A DNA stretch of 64,000 bases from Myxococcota bacterium. Lineage in GTDB: Bacteria; Myxococcota_A; UBA796; CAJQPC01. The notes below the pieces were generated by a model. The model did not search any database. It worked only from the letters and a program-made list of their open reading frames with translations, and was not told the origin of the DNA. Where the stretch lies: positions 1 through 64,000 of the forward strand of contig DASCPX010000040.1 of NCBI GenBank assembly GCA_036012755.1. Direction: 5' to 3'. The position numbers and the translations under genes were made by a program. Shown here in pieces: positions 9,906-18,253 of the stretch. The first letter of the stretch is position 1, and each line of letters opens with the position of its first letter.

Positions 9906-10742
9906 GTGCTCGTCGAGGTCGACCGCTTCGATCTGGACTCCGCGCCTCGCCCCTGGCATCGCGCGCGAACCGGCGGCGTGGTCGACTTCAGCGGCCTGAA
10001 CCCCACCGCCCCGAGCCGTGGCTGGAGCGTCGTCGCAGCCCAGCGCGTCCACGGCCAGAGAGCGCTGCTCGAAGGGTTGCTGGAGGTCGGAGGGCACGTC
10101 TACGGCGTCCCCGCTGGCGCGCTGCTGTTGGTCGAGGACGGCGACACCATCGAAGAGGGGGCGCTCTTGGCCGAGTGGATCCCCTGGTACCGGCAGATCC
10201 TGGCTCCGGAGCCAGGTCGCGTGCGGATCGACGGCGACACCGAAGAGCGCCTCGACCCGCTCGTCGGGATTCCGATCGTGCGCTTTCCGAAGGGTGGCGC
10301 GGTGCGTCTCTGGGAGCGCCGCTGGGAGCTCCGCCCCGGAGCCGAGCTCTGCGTGAAGCCAGAAGAGGTCGTCGAAGCCGGCGCGCTGATCGCGAGAGAG
10401 GACGCGGCCCTCTACGTGCTGGTGCCGGACGAGCTGCGCCCGGATCCATCGCGCTGGCTGGACGAGGTCCTCGACCGGGTCCCACCGGACGAACCCCTCG
10501 GCGAGGAGCTGGCGGTCGCCTTGCTCAAGTGCCTCTCGGAGACACCACGAGACGCCCTCGCGAGGCGCCTTGCCACCGCGCACCTGCGAGAGCTCGACGA
10601 GCGCACGCACGTCTTCGAGCCGCGCATCCGCATCGGCAGCGGCAGCGCCCGGACGGATCCCCGGATGGGACAGGCGTGGACCATCGCCCAGCAGCGCCTC
10701 GAGGCAGGGGTGAGCGCCTGGAGGGGCGATCACGGAGCGTAG
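9906..10742 (+). CDS. stand-alone protein resembling the RNA polymerase beta-prime SI3 (tandem sandwich-barrel hybrid) insertion
   Basis: 3-prime part of track ORF 8865..10742; YGVPAGALLLVEDGDTIEEGALLAEWIP...GRVR...DPLVG...LRPGAELCVKPEEVVEAGALIAR; GTG 2 bp after the thiC stop. Confidence 0.65.
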   Translation: MLVEVDRFDLDSAPRPWHRARTGGVVDFSGLNPTAPSRGWSVVAAQRVHGQRALLEGLLEVGGHVYGVPAGALLLVEDGDTIEEGALLAEWIPWYRQILAPEPGRVRIDGDTEERLDPLVGIPIVRFPKGGAVRLWERRWELRPGAELCVKPEEVVEAGALIAREDAALYVLVPDELRPDPSRWLDEVLDRVPPDEPLGEELAVALLKCLSETPRDALARRLATAHLRELDERTHVFEPRIRIGSGSARTDPRMGQAWTIAQQRLEAGVSAWRGDHGA

Positions 10743-12079
10743 GTGTAGAGGTCCTCGAGCCAGGTCGTCCGCCCGATCAGCTTGTCCCCGTCGAAGGACA
10801 GGTCCCAGGCCACCTCCCCCTCCGGCGTGATCTCCCGCACCCGCGGGGTCGTGCCCGTGTTGTGCAGGGTGTTGCCACCAGGGAGGCGATGGGCCTCTCC
10901 CGCGTAGCGCGCCGTGATGCCGTCACCCTCGCCGTGACTCCAGACCTCGCGAAGGACCTGGTCGTCCTCGTCGACGGCGTACTCCCGGACGACACCTTCG
11001 TAGCTGGAGCGGTCCACCTGCGACGAGACCAGGAGCGTGCCCTCGGGGGTGTAGGTCACGCCGTGCTGGTAGACGAAGGCGGACTCCGGAGGCTCGAAGC
11101 TCCAGGAGCCGGGGACGTAGCCGAACCACCGAAGCTCCTCGCCGGTCTCCACGTCCACCTCGAGCACGAAGGTGCGAGTGGTTGGAAAAGACAAGACCAG
11201 GGTGTCCCTGGAGCCATCGAGCCAGATCGAGTTCGTGTGACACCAGTCGTCCAGCCCCTGCTCGGCGTAGAAGCCCGCGCAGTCCCAGACGGTGCTCTGG
11301 CTGCCGTCGGTGTCCTGGCGCAGGAGCTTCTCGTTGCCGGTCAGGGCGCTGCCCCACAGGATCGAGCGGTCCGGCATCTCGATGAAGGCGTGGTGCATGC
11401 CGGGCGCGTCGATGGTCTCGGTGACCACCCCGTCGAGCTTCATCCGGTGGATCTGGGAGGCGGCCCCGTCGTCCCAGTTCGACCAGTAGGTCGAGACGTC
11501 CCAGAGGATGTCGTCGTCCAGCGATGTCTGCAGGTAGATGGTGAAGTGGTGCGAGTCCCCGGGCATCGCCCACACCACCCGGCCCTCGCGGTCGATGATC
11601 CACATCCAGTACTCGCCGTCGTTCCAGCCGCCCCCGCGCGAGTTCACGCTCCCGAGCAGCCAGTTGCCGGTGGGCTCCTGCAGCGCCTCGGTGGAGCTCA
11701 ACAGCTCCGGTCGCGGGAAGCCCGCGGGCAGGTCCCCGGTTCGCGCCCGCTGGGTCTCGCTCGTCTCGGGTCCGCTGCCGTCGTCCCGCACGACGCGCAC
11801 TTCGACGCTGTCGTCATAGGGCACCCCCAGCACCAGCTGCTCGACCTCCCCAGCCTCGACCTCTCTGGGCGGAGTGCTCCGCCACAGCCCGTCCACCTCG
11901 TACTCGACATGCACCGTCGCAGGCCTCGGCTGATCCCAGCTCACCCAGATCAGTGACTCGATCTCGTCGTCGAGGCGCCAGCCGAAGGACTCGGCGATCG
12001 AGCTGTCGTCGGAGTCATCCGTGCCAGTCGTCGCCACAGAGGGCGGCTCACAGGCCAGCACCAGGACGAGACCGAGCAT
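10730..12079 (-). CDS. arylsulfate sulfotransferase (ASST) family lipoprotein
   Basis: Lipobox LAC; HHAF, HTNSI, QHG and RLPGGNTL motifs. Confidence 0.75.
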   Translation of the reverse strand: MLGLVLVLACEPPSVATTGTDDSDDSSIAESFGWRLDDEIESLIWVSWDQPRPATVHVEYEVDGLWRSTPPREVEAGEVEQLVLGVPYDDSVEVRVVRDDGSGPETSETQRARTGDLPAGFPRPELLSSTEALQEPTGNWLLGSVNSRGGGWNDGEYWMWIIDREGRVVWAMPGDSHHFTIYLQTSLDDDILWDVSTYWSNWDDGAASQIHRMKLDGVVTETIDAPGMHHAFIEMPDRSILWGSALTGNEKLLRQDTDGSQSTVWDCAGFYAEQGLDDWCHTNSIWLDGSRDTLVLSFPTTRTFVLEVDVETGEELRWFGYVPGSWSFEPPESAFVYQHGVTYTPEGTLLVSSQVDRSSYEGVVREYAVDEDDQVLREVWSHGEGDGITARYAGEAHRLPGGNTLHNTGTTPRVREITPEGEVAWDLSFDGDKLIGRTTWLEDLYTYAP

Positions 12080-12105
12080 GCTCGGCGAAGGATAGCCTGG
12101 GATGC

Positions 12106-13863
12106 ATGGCCTTGCTGTTGTCCTGCATCCTCAAGACCCCGGAGCCTCCTGTCATGCCCGCGGACCTTCCCGACACCGACGCCGTCACGGGTGTCGTCGA
12201 TCCGGGGCTTCGCGCCCTCCTCCACGAGTCCTGGGAAGCCCGGATGCAGCGCCACCCCGTCTGGGCCAGCCGGCTCGGGGATCACCGCTACGACGACCGG
12301 ATCGGGGACAACAGCGCCGAAGCCCACAGGTCCGCCGCGAGGCACGCCGAGCTGCTGCTGGAGCGGGCCGAGCGCCTGTCCGTCGGCGAAGAGGACGAGC
12401 TGACCCAGGAGCTCTTCGTCCACGGTCTGCGGGTCGGAATCGAGGAGGAGGCAGCCTGCAAGAGCTGGACGTGGTCCTTCGGCGCCGGGGACAACCCCGT
12501 CAGCGCCTTCGCGCAGCTCCACGAGCTCCATGACCTCGACACAGAGCAGGGGCGCGCGGACTACGCGGCCCGGTTGGAGCAGGTGCCCACACACATCGAG
12601 CACGAGATCACGAACCTGCGCGTCGGGCTGGACAGCGGTCGCGTCTCCAACGCCGAGTCCACCCGCCGTGTCATCGAGCTCGTCGAGACCGAGCTGGACC
12701 GTCCTGATGACGAGCGCAGCATCATCACATCGTCCGAAGTGGCCGAGATCGTTCATGGACGCATCGATCCAGCCCTGCGGGCATACCGCGATTTCCTCTC
12801 CGACGAGCTGCTCGTGCGGGCCCTGCCTCCGGGTCTGTCCCACATGGAAGGAGGAGCGGCCTGCTACCGGGCTCGCATCTTCGAGCACACGGGGCTGCGA
12901 CACGACCCCGAGACCATCCACGCCGTCGGGCTGTCGGAACTCGCGCGCATCCACCGGGAGATGGCGGTGCTCGGCGAGCAGCTCTTCGGGCTCACCGAAA
13001 TCACCGAGATCGGTGCACACCTGCGCGGCAGCCCGGAGCTCCACTTCTCCACCTCGGAGGAGGTCGAGGACAAGGCGCGAGAGGCCCTCGCCGCGGCCGA
13101 GGCTGCGGTGCCGGCGGTCTTCTCGAGGATCCCAGAGGCCCCCTGCGAGGTCCGGGCGGTCCCGGACCACATCGCCCCCTACACCTACATCGCCTACTAC
13201 GAGCCCGTCGGCGCCGAGGGGATCGGCACCTACTACGTGAACTCCTGGGAGCCGACCACGCGCCCGCGCTGGAGCGCAGAGGCCCTCGCCTTCCACGAGG
13301 CCGTGCCGGGCCATCACTTCCAGTTCGCCATGAGCTACGAGCTCGAGATCCCGGCCTTTCGCCGCCACAGCTACGACACGGCCTACGCCGAGGGCTGGGC
13401 GCTCTACACGGAGCGCCTGGCGGACGAGCTCGGCCTCTACTCCGGGGACCTGGACCGCCTCGGCATGCTCGGCTTCGACGCCTGGAGGGCATCACGGCTG
13501 GTCGTCGACACCGGCATCCACCACTACGGCTGGAGCCGCGAGGAAGCCGTCGCCTTCCTGGCGGACAACACCGTCCTCGCAGAGAACAACATCGACAACG
13601 AGGTCGACCGCTACATCACCTGGCCGGGCCAGGCCCTGGCCTACAAGCTGGGCCAGCTCGAGATGCTGACCCTGCGGCTCGAAGCCCAGGAAGCCCTGGG
13701 TGACGACTTCGATCTGAAGGCCTTCCACGCCCTGGTCCTGGAGGCCGGCCCGATGCCCCTTCCCGTGCTCCGGCGCCGCGTGACGGAGTGGATCTCGCCC
13801 CAATGCCCACCGCCGATTGTTCCGTTTCTCCGGATGCAACCAGGGGTAGGAGACGGGCAATGA
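12106..13863 (+). CDS. DUF885 family lipoprotein (putative metallopeptidase-like)
   Basis: HEAVPGHHFQ, YAEGWALYTE, RASRLVVDTGIH, EVDRYITWPGQALAYKLG; start at MALLLSC. Confidence 0.9.
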   Translation: MALLLSCILKTPEPPVMPADLPDTDAVTGVVDPGLRALLHESWEARMQRHPVWASRLGDHRYDDRIGDNSAEAHRSAARHAELLLERAERLSVGEEDELTQELFVHGLRVGIEEEAACKSWTWSFGAGDNPVSAFAQLHELHDLDTEQGRADYAARLEQVPTHIEHEITNLRVGLDSGRVSNAESTRRVIELVETELDRPDDERSIITSSEVAEIVHGRIDPALRAYRDFLSDELLVRALPPGLSHMEGGAACYRARIFEHTGLRHDPETIHAVGLSELARIHREMAVLGEQLFGLTEITEIGAHLRGSPELHFSTSEEVEDKAREALAAAEAAVPAVFSRIPEAPCEVRAVPDHIAPYTYIAYYEPVGAEGIGTYYVNSWEPTTRPRWSAEALAFHEAVPGHHFQFAMSYELEIPAFRRHSYDTAYAEGWALYTERLADELGLYSGDLDRLGMLGFDAWRASRLVVDTGIHHYGWSREEAVAFLADNTVLAENNIDNEVDRYITWPGQALAYKLGQLEMLTLRLEAQEALGDDFDLKAFHALVLEAGPMPLPVLRRRVTEWISPQCPPPIVPFLRMQPGVGDGQ

Positions 13864-14228
13864 AGATCCTCATCGTGGACGACAGCCGCACCATGCGCCT
13901 CATCCTCAAGCGCGCGCTGCGTCGCGCCGGCTACGGCCGTCACCCCACCATCGAGGCCAGCGATGGCCGCGAGGCGCTGGAGGTCTTCGAGAGCGAGGCC
14001 CCGGGTCTGATCCTGTCGGACTGGAACATGCCCGTGATGGACGGCCTGGAGTTCTGCAAGGCCATCCGAGACAGCGGCAGCCGCGTGCCCTTCGGCTTCG
14101 TCACCTCCGAGCACACTCCGGAGATGCGCGACAGGGCGAAGGAGGCAGGCGCCACCTTCCTGATCAACAAGCCCTTCACGCCGGACAAGCTGGACCAGGC
14201 GCTGTGCGCGGCCCGCGTGACGACATGA
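13860..14228 (+). CDS. CheY-like single-domain response regulator
   Basis: KILIVDDS, SDWNMPVMDG, VT and KPFT motifs. Confidence 0.92.
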   Translation: MKILIVDDSRTMRLILKRALRRAGYGRHPTIEASDGREALEVFESEAPGLILSDWNMPVMDGLEFCKAIRDSGSRVPFGFVTSEHTPEMRDRAKEAGATFLINKPFTPDKLDQALCAARVTT

Positions 14229-14626
14229 GCGCGCCTCTGCCCTTCCCGCATGACGCGAAGATCAAGGGCGTGCTCGAGATGCTCTTCGACAAGAAGGTCG
14301 ACTTCGAGCGCGGCGAGACCCTGCGGGCCCCGACGGTGGCCTGCGTGCTGAGGCGGGACGACGGCACGGTGCACGGCTGCATCGTCGGTGACGCGGCGAT
14401 GACCGCTACCTTCGGGGCGCTGTTGTCGATGAGTCCCCCCCGCGAGGATGACCCTCGCCATCAAGGAAGAGGGCATCGCGGCCCCCAAGGTCACCGCCCG
14501 AAAGGGGCCCGCCGCGGCGCGGACTGGCTTCGACGGCTGGCGCTGAGACGAAGGGAACCCTGGCGACGGGACACTGTCCGATGCGGCAGACCCGCACCCC
14601 GGAGCCCCGAGTGTTTCTCTCCCTGA
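14225..14626 (+). pseudogene. CheX/CheC-like partner of the response regulator, frameshifted or truncated
   Basis: ATGA-coupled to the regulator; protein-like until GALLSMSPP, then low complexity after the C7 run 14435-14441; an alternative frame continues ARMTLAIKEEG. Confidence 0.45.
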
Positions 14627-14850
14627 TCAGCCTCAGTCTCGCCCAGGACCCACCGGTCGTGGACCCAGGCGACGTGCGCTACGCGCCGGTGACCAACATC
14701 GAGTTCGGCTACACCCGCGTCGACGGCAAGCTCGTCGGCCCCGACGGCGTCCTCGTCTCCGAGCGACCGAAGCCCGAGATCACCCCGATGATCACCCTGC
14801 GCCTCAACTTCGACGAGGAGATGGCCCAGAGCGTCAGCGTCGTGAAGTAG
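14611..14850 (+). CDS. CglF/GltF-like small secreted protein
   Basis: Short signal peptide, then Y...T.IEF....VDG.L..PDG..V..R......MI.LR.NF..EM..SV, matching the CglF pattern as recalled. Confidence 0.65.
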   Translation: MFLSLISLSLAQDPPVVDPGDVRYAPVTNIEFGYTRVDGKLVGPDGVLVSERPKPEITPMITLRLNFDEEMAQSVSVVK

Positions 14851-14869
14851 CCGACGATACGTTGCCGCG

Positions 14870-16486
14870 GTGCTCGCACTGATCGCCACGGCTGTCGCCG
14901 GCCTCGCCCCGCCCGATGTCCTCGTGCTCTACAGCAGCGAGGACGTCGTCGCTCTGGAGGTGGCCCGGGCCTACGCCGCCTCCCGCGAGCTGGAGGACCG
15001 CCAGCTCTGCGCCGTGGGCGAGGGCCTCGACCCCAGCGCCGCGAGCGTCTCCTGGGAAGACTTCGTCTCCGGCATCCGCGATCCCTTCGAGACCTGCCTG
15101 GCCGCCCAGCCGGACCCGGACGACATAGACGTGCTGGTGCTCGTCCGGGGCCTGCCCTACCGCGTCACCCTGCCGACCTTCGTCGCCAGCTTGGAGGCCG
15201 TGCTTCAGGTGGGGCACGTCCAGTCCTTCGGCGAGGAGCTCGCCGGCCAGGGCCAGGCCGCCAACTACCAGGGCACGTCCTACGCGAGCATCTCCAACCC
15301 CACCTTCATCGGTGACTGGGACGGCGCGCTCGCACAGTTCGACGTCGGACGAAGCTACCGGGAGATCTACACCGCCAGCCTCACGCTCGTGAACGAAGAG
15401 AGCTGGCCAGTGGGCTTCACCCGGGCCGAGGCCGGCCGCGCCGATGTCTGGAACTTCAACGGCGAGCTCTTCCTCGTCTCCCGCCTCGATGGCTTCGATC
15501 ACGACGACGCGCTGTCCCTCGTGGAGCGCGGGCTCTCGGCGGACGAGACCTTCCCAACCGCCGAGATCCTCTGCATGTACGGAGCCGACGAGGCCCGCGG
15601 CGCTCGGGACGACGAGTGCGAGTTCGTCACGCGCATGCTCAGCGAAGAGGGCTTCGAGGCGACCTGGCTCGACACCTTCGACAGCGCGCTGGAGGGCCAC
15701 GAGGTCGCCGCGTACTTCACGGGCGCCGCCTCCCTCACAGGCGCCATCGACGGCCAGACCTACGCGCCCGGAGCCATCGTCGACAACGTCACGAGCTACG
15801 GCGCTCATCCGAACAACTTCGCCTGCAGCGACGAGGGTGACTGTCCCGAGAGCGAGCAGCAGACCTCGATCGCGCGCTTCGTCCGAGCGGGCGCGACCGG
15901 GGTCCACGGCACCGTCGCCGAGCCGCTGAACAACGTCTTCCCCCACGCATCGGCGCTGCTGTTGTACAGCCACGGCTACACCCTGGGAGAGAGCCTCCTC
16001 TTCAGTCAGCCAGCCACCTACTGGCAGAACCTCCTGCTCGGCGACCCGCTGACAGTGCCCTACGGCGAGCGCCCCACGGTGTCGATGAGCGAAGCCGGGG
16101 GTGTCGTGACCGTCGTCGGCGAACACCCCGACGGCATCTCCGGGCTGACGGTCTACCGGGACGGAGTGCGCATCACCGAGGGCGACGGAGAGACCGTGGA
16201 GGTCGAGCTCGACGAGTCCATCGGCACAGAGGTCGAGCTCTACGCAGTGGCCCGCTCGGGGCCGGTGGAGGTGGGAACGACGGACTGGCCAGCTGGTGTC
16301 GTCACCGCAAACCCCGAGATCGCCGGCTGGTCGAGCGCGGTCGTGGTCGTGAGCGAAGTCTCCGACACGGGTGACACTGGCGAGGAGCCGGGGCCGCCTC
16401 CAGAGGACTGCGAAGGCTGCAGCGCGACCGGCGCGAGCTTCTCCTGGCTCGGGCTCTTGCTGTTGGTCCGCCGCAGGCGCCGATGA
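14870..16486 (+). CDS. TIGR03790-like protein with MYXO-CTERM tail
   Basis: LVSRLDG and RAGATGVHGTVAEP...FP motifs; C-terminal GCSATGASFSWLGLLLLVRRRRR. Confidence 0.7.
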   Translation: MLALIATAVAGLAPPDVLVLYSSEDVVALEVARAYAASRELEDRQLCAVGEGLDPSAASVSWEDFVSGIRDPFETCLAAQPDPDDIDVLVLVRGLPYRVTLPTFVASLEAVLQVGHVQSFGEELAGQGQAANYQGTSYASISNPTFIGDWDGALAQFDVGRSYREIYTASLTLVNEESWPVGFTRAEAGRADVWNFNGELFLVSRLDGFDHDDALSLVERGLSADETFPTAEILCMYGADEARGARDDECEFVTRMLSEEGFEATWLDTFDSALEGHEVAAYFTGAASLTGAIDGQTYAPGAIVDNVTSYGAHPNNFACSDEGDCPESEQQTSIARFVRAGATGVHGTVAEPLNNVFPHASALLLYSHGYTLGESLLFSQPATYWQNLLLGDPLTVPYGERPTVSMSEAGGVVTVVGEHPDGISGLTVYRDGVRITEGDGETVEVELDESIGTEVELYAVARSGPVEVGTTDWPAGVVTANPEIAGWSSAVVVVSEVSDTGDTGEEPGPPPEDCEGCSATGASFSWLGLLLLVRRRRR

Positions 16487-17343
16487 AGCTCTGGGCCATC
16501 AGCGATCTGCACGTCGGCTACCCGGAGAACCGGGCGGCGCTGCAGCGCATCACCCCCCGACCACGGGACTGGCTCATCATCGCAGGCGACGTGGGGGAGA
16601 CCTTCAGCCAGCTGGGCGAGGTCTTCGGGCTGCTCGGCGAGCGCTTCGCGAAGCTCGTCTGGGTCCCCGGCAACCACGAGCTCTGGAGCCACCCGAGCTG
16701 CGACAACAAGGCCCGAGGGGTGCGGCGCTACCTGGCGCTCGTCGAGCTCTGCCGGACCCACGGCGTGCTCACGCCAGAGGACCCGTGGCCGCTGTGGCCA
16801 GGGGACGATCAGCTCGCCATCTGCCCGCTCTTCGTTGGCTTCGACTACTCCTTCTGCCCGGACGGCATGAGCCCGGCACAGGCCCGAGCGTGGGCCGCGG
16901 AGCACGGCATCGTCTCGGCTGACGAGCGCTTCCTGGACCCGGAACCCCACCCATCCCTCGACGCCTGGTGCAGGGACCGGGTCGAGACGACACGGCGCCG
17001 GCTCGACGAGCTCCCAGGGCACATCGACACGGTCCTCATCCATCACTGGCCCCTGCGCGCCGACCTCGTCCGGCTTCCCAGCGTCCCCCGCTTCTCCCCC
17101 TGGTGCGGTACGCGAGCCACAGAGGACTGGCACCTGCGCTACCGGGCGCGGGTGGTCGTAAACGGCCACCTCCACATGCGCGCCACGGACTGGCGGGACC
17201 ATGTCCGCTTCGAAGAGGTCGCCATCGGCTACCCGCGCCACTGGAAGGTGGAGAGGGGAATCGACAGCTATCTACGTGAGATCGTTCCAGGAACTATCAA
17301 GACACCGCCATCTGGCCAGGGCGGTCCGAGGTGGCACCGCTGA
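16483..17343 (+). CDS. calcineurin-like metallophosphoesterase (PptH-like)
   Basis: SDLH, AGD, PGNHELW, WCGT, GHLH, RFEEVAIGYP. Confidence 0.85.
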   Translation: MKLWAISDLHVGYPENRAALQRITPRPRDWLIIAGDVGETFSQLGEVFGLLGERFAKLVWVPGNHELWSHPSCDNKARGVRRYLALVELCRTHGVLTPEDPWPLWPGDDQLAICPLFVGFDYSFCPDGMSPAQARAWAAEHGIVSADERFLDPEPHPSLDAWCRDRVETTRRRLDELPGHIDTVLIHHWPLRADLVRLPSVPRFSPWCGTRATEDWHLRYRARVVVNGHLHMRATDWRDHVRFEEVAIGYPRHWKVERGIDSYLREIVPGTIKTPPSGQGGPRWHR

Positions 17344-18253
17344 GCGCATGGAGGGCTCGCAGCGGGCGGGCGCAGGCCTCGACGTGCTGCTCGTGAAAGC
17401 GGGGGCCGAGGGCTCGGAGACGACCACCGGGGCGTGAGTTCGCCTCGATGACGTGGACGTGGCCGCCGCAGTCCACGACGAGGTCCAGGCCCACCTCGAC
17501 GATGCAGGGATCCTCCAACTGAGCGCAGACCGCCCGGCAGACGGCGTCGGCCTCGTCGAGGGTCGCTGGGCCAAGGGCCTCGTCGACGGGCTCCACCCGC
17601 GCGCCCCTGTCCACGTTGGTGACCGGGTCGTCCTTGCTGATCCGCGCGACACCCCCGGCAAAGGTCCATGCGCCACAGGGCTCTCGCTGCCAGAGCCAGC
17701 GCGACGAGAGCCCCGCCAGTCCCCGCGGCGGGGGCACGGCTCGCTGGAGGAAGCTCGGCTCGCGGACTCCGGCGACAGCCCCATCCACCGCCACGGGAAG
17801 AGGGTCTCCCGGGACCACCCTCCGAACCCCCCGACCGAGCCCCCCGAAGCGGGGCTTCAGGAAGGCGGCCCCCCAGTCCTCCAGCGCCGCTTCGAACTGC
17901 CCCGGGTCCGTGACGATCTCCGGCATCGGCAGCTCGAGGTGCTCCTGGAAGAGCACCTTGTCACGGCACAGGTCCCTGAAAGCGATGGGGTTTCCAAAGG
18001 GCAGCCCCTCCAGGGGCGCCGTCGCCGCCGCGAAGGTGTCTGGCCATGTCCAGGACGGAAATCGGTCGTGCACGGCGGTCGGCTCCGCCTCGACGCGCTG
18101 CCAAGTTCCGCAGATCGCACGTAAAGCCATGACAGAGGTGCCGAAGGCGATGTCCAGCCCCTCATCGGCCAGCTTCAGGGCCGCCCGAGAGACAGGCATG
18201 CTCTCCGGAGGCGGAGGGGCTCCTCGCCGCTGTCGGACGAGGACCAGGATCAC
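17297..18253 (-). CDS. ATP-grasp protein (YheC/YheD-like)
   Basis: CRDK, FLKPRFGGLGRGV, LQRAV, VTNVDRG, GLDL, IEANSRPG. Confidence 0.75.
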   Translation of the reverse strand: MILVLVRQRRGAPPPPESMPVSRAALKLADEGLDIAFGTSVMALRAICGTWQRVEAEPTAVHDRFPSWTWPDTFAAATAPLEGLPFGNPIAFRDLCRDKVLFQEHLELPMPEIVTDPGQFEAALEDWGAAFLKPRFGGLGRGVRRVVPGDPLPVAVDGAVAGVREPSFLQRAVPPPRGLAGLSSRWLWQREPCGAWTFAGGVARISKDDPVTNVDRGARVEPVDEALGPATLDEADAVCRAVCAQLEDPCIVEVGLDLVVDCGGHVHVIEANSRPGGRLRALGPRFHEQHVEACARPLRALHALSGATSDRPGQMAVS

